Shown here piece by piece: positions 53,152 to 61,206 of a DNA stretch of 64,000 nucleotides (its first letter is position 1; each line of letters begins with the position of its first letter). Below the pieces are notes generated by a model. It saw only the letters and a list, made by a program, of their open reading frames with translations, was not told where the DNA came from and ran no database searches. Location of the stretch: NCBI GenBank assembly GCA_019912885.1, contig JAIOHV010000229.1, positions 3,846 to 67,845 of the forward strand. Direction: 5' to 3'. The DNA comes from a bacterium. GTDB taxonomy: Bacteria; Lernaellota; Lernaellaia; JACKCT01. Both the position numbers and the translations under genes were made by a program.

Positions 53152-53904
53152 GTGCGCATCAAGGTCGATTTGCACAACCACACGAATTTCAGCTTCGACG
53201 GCGAGATGAACCCGCGCCGCTTTGTCGAGGTCTACACACGCCTTGGATTCGGCGCGGTGGCGGTGACCGATCACAACACGCGCCTTGGCGCGCTGGCGGT
53301 CGCCGAGCTCGATCCGCCGTTTCGCGTCATCGTTTCGTGCGAGGTAAAATCGCGCGAGGGCGAGATCATCGGACTGTTTCTCGACCGCGACATCCCCCGG
53401 GGGCTGTCCGCGATCGACACCGCGAAGGCGATCCACGACGCGGGCGGGCTGACGCTTTTGCCGCACCCGATGATCGATGTGGTGCCGACGCGCATCGATC
53501 CGCGCGTGCTGCCCGCGGTGCTCGAACACATCGACATCATCGAGTGCGTCAACGCGCGTAACGCCGATCCCGCGTTTGACCGCGACGCGGCGCTTGTCGC
53601 GAACGCTTACGGCAAGGCGCGCGGCGCGGGGTCGGACGCACATGCGATAAGCGGCGCGGGCACGGGATACGTGCTGATGGAGCCGTTTGACGGACCGGCG
53701 GATTTTCTCGAAAAGCTCCATCGCGGCACGATCGTCGCGCGCAAGCGCGAGGCCATGGCGCGCTCGCTTGTCAACTTCGCTTACGGCAACACGCTCGGGC
53801 AGATCCGCGTCGGGCGGATGATCCGCGCGCACAGGCGCGGCGTGCCGCTACGTCGCCTTTGGGATCGGCGCGCCCCGCTCGGCGACAAGACGCCGGGCGT
53901 TTGA
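53152..53904 (+). CDS. PHP-domain metal-dependent phosphoesterase
   Basis: Translation VRIKVDLHNHTNFSFDGEM...VAVTDHNT...LLPHP carries the PHP His motifs. It has a GTG start and its 3' end overlaps the convergent RluA gene, so the true stop may be earlier. Confidence 0.65.
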   Translation: MRIKVDLHNHTNFSFDGEMNPRRFVEVYTRLGFGAVAVTDHNTRLGALAVAELDPPFRVIVSCEVKSREGEIIGLFLDRDIPRGLSAIDTAKAIHDAGGLTLLPHPMIDVVPTRIDPRVLPAVLEHIDIIECVNARNADPAFDRDAALVANAYGKARGAGSDAHAISGAGTGYVLMEPFDGPADFLEKLHRGTIVARKREAMARSLVNFAYGNTLGQIRVGRMIRAHRRGVPLRRLWDRRAPLGDKTPGV

Positions 53905-54606
53905 GGCCAGATCCCCGAACCGTTCGGTCCAGAAATCGGGCGGCGGCGCGGCGACGCGCACCTCGCGCCCGCCGACCGGATGGCCGAACGCGACGATCGC
54001 CGCATGAAGCGCGATCGCTCCGCCAAGCCCGCCGGGGCCGCCGTATTTCGTATCGCCGACAATCGGCGCACCGATGTGCGCGAGCTGCGCGCGAATCTGG
54101 TGGCTGCGTCCGGTGCCAAGGCGGACGGCGACAAGCGTCCGCGCGCCGTGCGTCGCGATGGTTTCGTAACGCAGTGTCGCTTCCTTCGCGCCGGGCTCGT
54201 TTGCGCCGACGACGCGGCTGACGTTCGTGAGGCGATCTTTCTTGAGGTAGTGCGTCAACGCCCCCTCGCCCGGCGAACCCGCGACAACGGCAAGGTAGAT
54301 CTTCTCGACCCACCCCTCGCGAAACGCGGCCGACAGGCGCGCGGCGGCTTTGCCCGTTTTGGCGACGACCACGAGCCCCGACGCGGGTCTGTCGATGCGA
54401 TGCACCGCTGTCGCGTAGACGTTGCCCGGCTTGTCGTAGGTACGTTTCAGGTAGTCGCGCGCGAAATCAACGAGGCACGCGTCGCCGGTGCGATCGCCCT
54501 GCACCGGCAGGCCGGGCGGTTTGTCGAAAACGATAACGTGGTTGTCTTCGTATGCGACGCGCGGCTCGCCGAACGACGCGCCGTGCGTTCGACCGGGGCG
54601 CATCAA
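53848..54606 (-). CDS. Pseudouridine synthase, RluA family
   Basis: Motifs AVHRIDRPASGLVVVAK (catalytic Asp) and GRSHQIRAQLAHIGAPIVGDTKYG are present. Confidence 0.8.
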   Translation of the reverse strand: MMRPGRTHGASFGEPRVAYEDNHVIVFDKPPGLPVQGDRTGDACLVDFARDYLKRTYDKPGNVYATAVHRIDRPASGLVVVAKTGKAAARLSAAFREGWVEKIYLAVVAGSPGEGALTHYLKKDRLTNVSRVVGANEPGAKEATLRYETIATHGARTLVAVRLGTGRSHQIRAQLAHIGAPIVGDTKYGGPGGLGGAIALHAAIVAFGHPVGGREVRVAAPPPDFWTERFGDLASNARRLVAERGAPIPKAT

Positions 54607-55964
54607 TACGGGGGCGGCGGCGGCAGCAGCGCGTGCAACAGATTCACGAAGCCGCGCAGGTCGTCGCGGAATCCCGTCGGCGTGGAGTCCTCAAACCAGC
54701 CCGCCAGATCGATCGTGACGTTCGGCAGGATCGCCGGCATTCCGAGCGACGACAGCACGCCGTTGACGTAAGCCAGCGGGAACGGCGTATCGACGCCGGG
54801 CTGCGTGTCGTCGCCCGTGCGGTCGAGGAGGCTATCGGCGAGGCCCTTGAACATCACCTCGAACGCGAGCGCGGATCCCATGCCCGCCTCGTCGAGTTCG
54901 CCGAAGAACGGGATATCGAAATGGTCGAACGCATCGAACACGAAATTTCCGTTGACGTCGATGTACCGGATGATGTCGCCGGCTTGATCGTCGGTCTCCG
55001 AGCGTACGATGTCGAACGTGTCGCCCGCGTTGCGAAAGCCAAGGCCAAGCTCGATCTGCGACAACTCAAAGGCGGCCTGCCCGTCCGTGTCGCGCGTCAG
55101 GAAGTCGGGGAACGCGGGGTCGTTGAGGATTTCGTAGAGGATATCGACCACGATGGAGATGATTTCGCCGACGTCGTAGCTGCCCCAGTTGATCTCCGCG
55201 AGGCCGAAAATGTAGGACAAGTCGAGATCGAAATCGAGCACGGTGATAAGGCGGATGAGCCCGCCGAATCCGCCGGTGAAGCCCATGACCGCGGCGATCT
55301 CGGATTGATCCCAGTCGTCGCCGCCGGGCGAGACGACCGTTTCGAAGTCGAAGATGATCGGCATTTCGGCCAGCTCGAACGAGAGGCACTCCGCTTCCTG
55401 AAGCTGCGGGCCGAGCTGAAAAACGTCCTCGGTGAACTGAAGGACCAGCCCGTCGAACGCCGCGTCCAGAACCGCGTCGATCACCGATTGCAGACTGTCG
55501 GACGCGGCTTTGGTCGGCGGCTCGTGGAAGCCCATGAACGAGTTGATGTACGTGACGATCACGTCGATCGTGGAGGCTTCCATGAGGAAGCCGGCGAGCA
55601 CCAGACCGTAGGCCGCGTCCGCGTCGGAGGAGTCGTCCGCGAGCGCCTGAACGAACTCGGCGTGCGCAAGACCCGCCGCCCCTGCTTCGAGGTACGTGAT
55701 GCCAAGCAGGGTGTGCTCGTTCGTGGACGGCGCCGGTTCCTCGCAGCCCGCATCGTCATCCGCGTCGTCGTCGTTGGCGTCGTCGTCGAAATCGTCGTCC
55801 ATGTCGAAATCGTCGTCCGCGTCGTCGTCGCCTTGCGTATCGTCATCGGCGTCGTCATCGCCGGAGGAGGAATCGTCGTCGTCGTCATCGCCGCACGAGC
55901 AGCCGGCGGCGAAAGCGAACGCGAATACCACGAGAAACACGAAGACGAAGCGAGACGATTTCAT
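54603..55964 (-). CDS. Lipoprotein with N-terminal poly-Asp linker (paralogous N-terminus to 42775 gene), acidic unassigned domain
   Basis: Translation MKSSRFVFVFLVVFAFAFAAGC|SCGDDDDDDSSSGDDDADDDTQGDDDADDDFDMDDDFDDDANDDDADDDAGC... has the same lipobox plus SCGDDD junction as the 42775 gene. The GGGAGGGG SD sits before the ATG (cat 55962-55964). The track ORF extends to 56114. Confidence 0.7.
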   Translation of the reverse strand: MKSSRFVFVFLVVFAFAFAAGCSCGDDDDDDSSSGDDDADDDTQGDDDADDDFDMDDDFDDDANDDDADDDAGCEEPAPSTNEHTLLGITYLEAGAAGLAHAEFVQALADDSSDADAAYGLVLAGFLMEASTIDVIVTYINSFMGFHEPPTKAASDSLQSVIDAVLDAAFDGLVLQFTEDVFQLGPQLQEAECLSFELAEMPIIFDFETVVSPGGDDWDQSEIAAVMGFTGGFGGLIRLITVLDFDLDLSYIFGLAEINWGSYDVGEIISIVVDILYEILNDPAFPDFLTRDTDGQAAFELSQIELGLGFRNAGDTFDIVRSETDDQAGDIIRYIDVNGNFVFDAFDHFDIPFFGELDEAGMGSALAFEVMFKGLADSLLDRTGDDTQPGVDTPFPLAYVNGVLSSLGMPAILPNVTIDLAGWFEDSTPTGFRDDLRGFVNLLHALLPPPPPY

Positions 55965-56109
55965 GGACCCCTCCCGGATGCGCGCCATGGTGGCAAATTC
56001 GCGCACGCCTGACAACGCAAACGCGGCGGCCGGGTAGCCGCCGCGTTTTGGATTTCGGATTCTCGATCGCGGAATTCGGACCGCGGACCCAACAGCGCCC
56101 GCGCGGTTT

Positions 56110-56183
56110 GTCACCCTGAGCGAAGCGAAGGGCCTACAATCGTGCCGGCGCGGGGCGAGATCCTTCGCTTCGCTCAGGATGAC
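56110..56183. repeat. Long imperfect inverted repeat (23-nt arms, about 28-nt spacer)
   Basis: The arms gtcaccctgagcgaagcgaaggg ... tccttcgcttcgctcaggatgac match 21/23 on reverse-complement. It is a candidate terminator or structured element between two minus-strand genes. Confidence 0.6.
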
Positions 56184-56197
56184 AGCCCCCTACGAAT

Positions 56198-56295
56198 GGC
56201 CGACCGCTGATAGCCGATCGCCGATGACCGATCGCTGACGGCCGATCGCTGATGGCCGATCTCCGTTGGCCGATCGCTGATGGCCGACCGCTGAA
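56198..56295. repeat. Tandem repeat, about 7 copies of a 14-bp unit (GGCCGATCGCTGAT consensus)
   Basis: Units ggccgaccgctgat / agccgatcgccgat / gaccgatcgctgac / ggccgatcgctgat / ggccgatctccgtt / ggccgatcgctgat / ggccgaccgctgaa are intergenic. Confidence 0.8.
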
Positions 56296-56302
56296 CGCTG
56301 GC

Positions 56303-57223
56303 CTAGCTCCCGCAGCAGCCGCCCGTGACCTGTCCCTCGGGCCAGCCGGCGCCTTCCTCTTCCTCTTCGGTACCGATGTTCGGATCGAGGTCCGACTCGT
56401 CGTCGTCATCGGTGAGGTCGGGGGTATCGTCTTCGTCCTCCTCCGAGAGGCAGGATTTGGTCGCCTCGTCGCAGATCGTGCCTTCCGCGCAGGGGTTGCC
56501 GGAATGCGCGCAATCCTGGTCCTTGAAGGAGCACGACTCCTCGCCGTTGCAGAACAGGCCGTCGTCCTCGCAAAGGGGCGCCTCGCCCTCGACGCAATGA
56601 TAGTTCACGCACGTTTCGGCGCCCGTGCACCAGTCGTGGTCGTCGCAGTGCTCATCGATGACGCATTCCTGGATGGCGTCGGTGGAGATGTCGTCGATCA
56701 GCCAGTTGTTGCCGGTGCCGGAAACCATGACGTACGCCATGCCCGGCGCTTCCACGCGCAGCGTGTCGAGCCGGCCGGTGCCGAGGTTGTCATAAATCCC
56801 GACTTCCTGATCGAGCACCGTCCCCAACTCGTCGTAGGCGGTCAGCGTGATGCCGGAACTGACGGAGTAGCCAAGCTCGAAATACGTCGCATAGGACTGC
56901 GTGAAGCTAATGACGCCGTTGCCCTGATCGGTGCCGAGCCACGCGAAGAAATTGCCGTTCGAAAAGAACTGCGTCGGGATGGGATAGAGGTCGGTGACCG
57001 CGCCGTTGGGATAGCTGCCGTTGTAGTCGTTGGTGCGCCAGTCGCCGTAGAGCCAGTCGTAGCCGGCGGTGTTCGTGAACTGCAAGCCCGTGATCGTGCT
57101 GAAGATCTTGCCGCCGTCCCAGCCGTTTTCGAAATCGATGAATCCGGCGTTTGCCGGCAGCGCGGCGATTAGGCCCGCGCAAAGGGCAAGCAAAGCCAGC
57201 CCGAAAATCAAAAGGCGTTTCAT
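56303..57223 (-). CDS. Secreted Cys-rich protein with C-terminal acidic tail ending GGCCGS
   Basis: The signal peptide is MKRLLIFGLALLALCAGLIAALPANA (SD AAGGACAGGA). The N-terminal domain is Gly/Asn/Tyr-rich. The C-terminal third has more than 20 Cys (CxxxC spacing, EGF/knottin-like). The tail reads ...EEDEDDTPDLTDDDDESDLDPNIGTEEEEEGAGWPEGQVTGGCCGS*. Confidence 0.7.
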   Translation of the reverse strand: MKRLLIFGLALLALCAGLIAALPANAGFIDFENGWDGGKIFSTITGLQFTNTAGYDWLYGDWRTNDYNGSYPNGAVTDLYPIPTQFFSNGNFFAWLGTDQGNGVISFTQSYATYFELGYSVSSGITLTAYDELGTVLDQEVGIYDNLGTGRLDTLRVEAPGMAYVMVSGTGNNWLIDDISTDAIQECVIDEHCDDHDWCTGAETCVNYHCVEGEAPLCEDDGLFCNGEESCSFKDQDCAHSGNPCAEGTICDEATKSCLSEEDEDDTPDLTDDDDESDLDPNIGTEEEEEGAGWPEGQVTGGCCGS

Positions 57224-57413
57224 GTTCCTGTCCTTCCGGCCCCGTAGGCTACAATAGCGTGACAGCATAGCCGGAAACCGATCCCAAAAGCCACCGTGCG
57301 AACGGATTTGCGTCAGGCGATCGTCACGAGACGGAGGACGGATGAGCCGCGGCGATCAGAGCGGCGAACAGAGCCGCGAACATGAGTGATCGGCCGCCCC
57401 GTTTTTGCCGTGA

Positions 57414-57511
57414 GCCGGCGATCGGAACGAATAGGTGACTGTCCCCATTTTCCCCCATTTTCCCCATTTTCCATCGTGGCCGGCGATCGGAAAGAATAGG
57501 TGACTGTCCCC
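57414..57511. repeat. Two direct copies of a 33-bp repeat (gccggcgatcggaMMgaataggtgactgtcccc) separated by an (attttcccc)n mini-tandem
   Basis: The copies lie at 57414-57446 and 57479-57511. A 17-bp inverted partner (ggggacagtcacctatt) lies at 58694-58710. Confidence 0.75.
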
Positions 57512-57518
57512 TTTTTCC

Positions 57519-57654
57519 CGGATCGATGGCAAGCGCTTCGTCCGCGCTTTTCGCGTCGTTTCGCACCACCACGACGTCCGCGCCCAGCGTCCCGAGCGCC
57601 TGCACGAGGTTGTAGGTAAACGAGTCGTAGTTGTCGATCACCAGAACGCGCATC
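57519..57654 (-). pseudogene. 5' fragment of trpG/pabA-type class-I glutamine amidotransferase (about 45 codons)
   Basis: Translation [47 protein letters not shown] matches the N-terminus of anthranilate/aminodeoxychorismate synthase component II. The frame turns to nonsense exactly at the 33-bp repeat copy (57511/57519). Confidence 0.6.
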
Positions 57655-57991
57655 GAAAAGCCCCTCGCTCCGCGCCGCCTGCCCCAAGCAACCGAAGGCG
57701 TCCGGCGCGGCGTCCGAATCGGACACGCGGTATGCCTAAAACGAAACGCACGGGGCCGCAAGGGCGCAGCGCGCCGGCCGCGGCGACCCCGCTCGCGGTC
57801 GGCGACTCGCACCGCGGGCGCGGGGGGTTCTCTCCGATCGAGTAAGCGGATAGAATGCGTCAAATTTGCAAGGGGGAATGTGAGCGTGGTACGCGAATTA
57901 ACAGCGGAGCGAGGCCCAGCACCACTAGGCCAAGGTCAGTTTTTTGCGCGGAATGGGGAATCTAGCAGGCACCTGTCACGGTTTTTTTACG

Positions 57992-58666
57992 ATGAATAAA
58001 TTAATTTTGGCAGCAATTTGCCTTGTAGCTGGCGGCTGCGAACTATATCATCCGGCACCGCAGATCAAGCCAGAAGACCGGACCGCGAAAGCTGAGTCGG
58101 CAATAAATTCAATTGATAATAACATTGAACAAATGAAAGCTCAGAACAGAGATAAGCTTGACATCTTGTCCTATAAATGCGAAATGGATTCTTATATATA
58201 CAATAATTACCATCTTCGATATGACTTTACGGCGTGCCACGAATTAAAGCTACAAAAAGAACGCGATCTAAAATCACTACAACGGGAGCAATATCGAAAA
58301 AGAATAGGGACAGACGATAGCGAGGAAAATCCCGAAAAAGCACTAAAATATTTTTGCCACAATTTTGAACAATTGCTGCTTGCAGAAATCAAGCTATATG
58401 GATCCATGGAAGATACCAAAAAAATTATGCCGCTATCAAAGCACCTACAGAATCAGCGCAATATCACTGAATTTCAAGCGCAAAGAAATGTCTACGTCAA
58501 AGCAACACGGGGATCGCTTGCGAAATATTATAAACTTGGCGGAACTATTAATATTAAAAAAGAATTCGAGAAAGGGCAAGATGGCATAACGCTGGCGTGT
58601 CCAACTATTTCTCCGCATATATTCGGATATATTAGCAGATATAACTTAATGCTAAAGTTCAAATAA
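57992..58666 (+). CDS. Foreign low-GC lipoprotein (hypothetical)
   Basis: Translation MNKLILAAICLVAGGC|ELYHPAPQ... has a lipobox. The protein is about 225 aa and K/N/Y/E-rich. Local GC drops sharply (roughly 35-40%) between about 57840 and 58690, unlike the flanks. Confidence 0.65.
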   Translation: MNKLILAAICLVAGGCELYHPAPQIKPEDRTAKAESAINSIDNNIEQMKAQNRDKLDILSYKCEMDSYIYNNYHLRYDFTACHELKLQKERDLKSLQREQYRKRIGTDDSEENPEKALKYFCHNFEQLLLAEIKLYGSMEDTKKIMPLSKHLQNQRNITEFQAQRNVYVKATRGSLAKYYKLGGTINIKKEFEKGQDGITLACPTISPHIFGYISRYNLMLKFK

Positions 58667-58693
58667 TTTAAGGCAAAAAAAACGGAAAAAAAC

Positions 58694-58710
58694 GGGGACA
58701 GTCACCTATT
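58694..58710. repeat. Inverted copy of the 17-bp core (ggggacagtcacctatt) of the 57414/57479 repeats
   Basis: It is an exact reverse-complement of aataggtgactgtcccc and lies at the right edge of the low-GC insert. Confidence 0.7.
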
Positions 58711-58860
58711 TTCCCCCTCTTTAATCGTGCAATTGTTGTCCAAAAAGAATGGCGAGACGTCGTCGTGGCGGGTTGTCTTTGTCTTTCGTTTGCGACTTGC
58801 TTCATAAACGTGTCTCCCGGACCTTAAAAAGGGCGTCTCCGCTTCGGCGTTCCTGGCCGG

Positions 58861-59190
58861 TCATCCCGCCTCCACGCTCGCCGAATCCTCGATCACGAGA
58901 TCGAGACGCAGGTCGTTCGTGTGCGCCTCCCGCGGATTCCACGTGCCCGCGCCGTCCGTTGGATTGAACGGGCCGTTCGCGTCGTCGTCGTTCGTCTCGT
59001 TCCAGTCTTCCGGCTGCACATTCACCTCGGCGTTTTCGCCCGTGCACGTTATACCACGCATCGTTACGTTGCCGGTATAGGGCGCCGTCGTGTTCTTTTT
59101 CCGGTGGATCGTTGTCACGTCCGCGACCGGGCCGGTGATGAGGTCGACGCCCGCCTCAGAATGGGCGGCGTCTGCGCGTGAAGCGATCAT
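58861..59190 (-). CDS. Small hypothetical protein (109 aa), translationally coupled to upstream membrane protein gene
   Basis: Only the tail of track ORF 58861..60222 looks genuine: MIASRADAAHSEAGVDLITGPVADVTTIHRKKNTTAPYTGNVTMRGITCTG... Its ATG overlaps the stop of 59187..61106 (ATGA). The upstream part of that ORF is an Arg-rich out-of-frame shadow. Confidence 0.4.
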   Translation of the reverse strand: MIASRADAAHSEAGVDLITGPVADVTTIHRKKNTTAPYTGNVTMRGITCTGENAEVNVQPEDWNETNDDDANGPFNPTDGAGTWNPREAHTNDLRLDLVIEDSASVEAG

Positions 59191-61106
59191 GGTGCATCGT
59201 CCGCGGTTGCCAGCGGAGTTGGTTTCGGCCCGCAGATTCCCGCCGGGTCCGGAATGTTTCGGTTTTCGAGCACGTAGAAATGGCCCACCGTGGCGGCTTG
59301 TTTGAAGTTTTCGTACAGAAAGCGGCGCACGATGGGCGCGGCGTTCGCGAGGCGCCGGGCGTCGCCCTCGATGGAATCGTCGATGTAGGCCACGACGCGC
59401 GGCGGATTTTGGCGAAGGCGCTCGATGACGCGGTCCTGGCTCTCGACGCTGTCGGCATAAAAGACGAGCGACGGATAGCCCGTCGGGTCGCGCCGGCCGG
59501 AAAGGAAATAGAGCAGCGGTTGATTGGTCGGCGCGAACAGGCGATCGCATTCGCCGCCGAGCGCGTTGATCTCGGTGAGCAGGTCGCGCAATTCGATGGC
59601 CTCGTGCTCGAACAGGCGCAGCGTGTCGCGCCCGATGCGCACCGACCTCGCGCGTGCGAAGCGGTTCGAGACGGCGCCGGTGTAGGGATCGGCCGGGTGG
59701 TGCGTGACCGCGGCCGCAAACGGCAGGACCGACGCGAAAACGAGCGCCGCCACAAGGCTGGTCGAAAGCGGCCAGCGGGGATTTGGCGCCAGATGATCGC
59801 GCAGCGCCTGAAGGACGATGGCCGAAAGCAGCACGGCAAACGGCGCGGCCTGCAGCGCGTGGGAGATGTCGGGCTTGACGCGGATCGGGTGCGCCGCGGC
59901 GAGGCACACAAGCGCGACGACGGCGTGGCCGGCGAGGCGGGCGCGGGTGTATTTCGAAGCAGGTGAGGACACCTGCGGTCCCGGGGAGGAGCCCGTCGAC
60001 CCGGCGAGATCGCGTGGTTTTTGGGGGTTGGTTGGCCCGGCGGTTTTTTCTTTCGAAGAAGGCCGGACGCCTGCGCTCCCGGAGGACAACGTCGCATTCG
60101 AAGCGGGCGGGACGCCTGCGCTCCCAGCGAAAAGCAGGTGCGCGGCCATCGCGGCGAGAGCGACGATCGGCCACCACAGCAGCAGCGCATCCAGGCGGCG
60201 CGGGCCGGTGACGGCGGTCCACGGCGCGGGCATGCGCGGCTCCTCAATGGCGAGATTCTTTTGCACCTCGTCGGCGAATTGCGCGAGCGCCGGGGATATC
60301 GTGCCGGTCGCCGCGTGGAAAGCGATCGGCAGCGCGAAGGCGAGCGCCAGGGACGCCAGCGCGCCGATGAAGGCGTATTTCGCGAGTGCGTGTTCACCTC
60401 GCCGACGCACGAGCCACGAGGCGAGCATCGCGCCCCCGGCGGCCGCCGCGCCGATATCCAGGCGCAAGAGCGTCGCGCCGAAGACCACGGCGGCAAGCAC
60501 GAGGGCGCCGCGCCGCGCGGGCGACGTGACGAATCCGTGTCCGGCCAGCGCGGCGGCGAGCATGCCGAGCACCCAGAACGCCTTGTGCGCGGGTCCGGGA
60601 GCGAGCAGAAACGCGACGGGCGGCGCAAGCGCAAAAAGCGGCGACACGGCGCGCAGCGCCAGCCGATGCAGCGCGATCGTCGCCGCCGCCTGGACGCCGA
60701 TCCAGATCAGGTGCAGCGCGGTCAACGATACGCCCGTGACCGACAACAACGCCGCGAGCGCGTAATAACGGACCAGGCCGTAGGAGTTGATGGCGAAATC
60801 GCGCGCGGGGATCTCGCCGCGCAAGATGCGTTCGACGTAGTAGAGGACCTCGCCTTCGTCGAACCACACGAGTCCGCGGTTGAGCACCAAAAGACGCAGG
60901 ACGACGCACCCGGCGGCAAGCGCGCCGGTGACGTGCCACGTGCCGGCCGCCCGCGCGATCGAACCGGCGCTCGCGGTCACCGCGCCCGGCTCCTCAGGTT
61001 TTTCCGGATTGTTCCGTTCATTCGGATATTCCCAATCATAGCGCGCCAAGACGCCGACCGTCAGGCTCCCGGCCGCGTCCCGGACAATAATCCCAGGGCA
61101 TGCCAA
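59187..61106 (-). CDS. Polytopic membrane protein, possible GT-C-like (DUF2029/PMT-like) with Ser/Pro-rich internal linker
   Basis: More than 10 TM helices are present. The first loop reads ...LVWFDEGEVLYYVERILRGEIPARDF (a DE motif). An internal low-complexity linker is encoded by a 27-bp imperfect direct repeat (60055-60081, 60100-60126). The C-terminal soluble domain is unassigned. Confidence 0.55.
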   Translation of the reverse strand: MACPGIIVRDAAGSLTVGVLARYDWEYPNERNNPEKPEEPGAVTASAGSIARAAGTWHVTGALAAGCVVLRLLVLNRGLVWFDEGEVLYYVERILRGEIPARDFAINSYGLVRYYALAALLSVTGVSLTALHLIWIGVQAAATIALHRLALRAVSPLFALAPPVAFLLAPGPAHKAFWVLGMLAAALAGHGFVTSPARRGALVLAAVVFGATLLRLDIGAAAAGGAMLASWLVRRRGEHALAKYAFIGALASLALAFALPIAFHAATGTISPALAQFADEVQKNLAIEEPRMPAPWTAVTGPRRLDALLLWWPIVALAAMAAHLLFAGSAGVPPASNATLSSGSAGVRPSSKEKTAGPTNPQKPRDLAGSTGSSPGPQVSSPASKYTRARLAGHAVVALVCLAAAHPIRVKPDISHALQAAPFAVLLSAIVLQALRDHLAPNPRWPLSTSLVAALVFASVLPFAAAVTHHPADPYTGAVSNRFARARSVRIGRDTLRLFEHEAIELRDLLTEINALGGECDRLFAPTNQPLLYFLSGRRDPTGYPSLVFYADSVESQDRVIERLRQNPPRVVAYIDDSIEGDARRLANAAPIVRRFLYENFKQAATVGHFYVLENRNIPDPAGICGPKPTPLATADDAP

Positions 61107-61206
61107 CGTCGGCTTTTCTGGCCGGATTCTCGCGTCTGCCGCCTTTTCGGCATGCCGATCGGCGCCTTGAACCGGCGCCGCAAACGCGTCCCGCGGGACA
61201 AAACGT

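Noticed and set aside
56198-56295. Possible CRISPR array
   Set aside because: The repeat unit is only 14 bp and directly tandem with no unique spacers. There are no cas genes in the window.
58861-60222. 453-aa minus-strand ORF as a single gene
   Set aside because: The N-terminal about 340 aa is Arg/Pro-rich out-of-frame overlap with the real membrane-protein gene (59187..61106). Only the last 109 aa (58861..59190) look protein-like and are called separately at low confidence.
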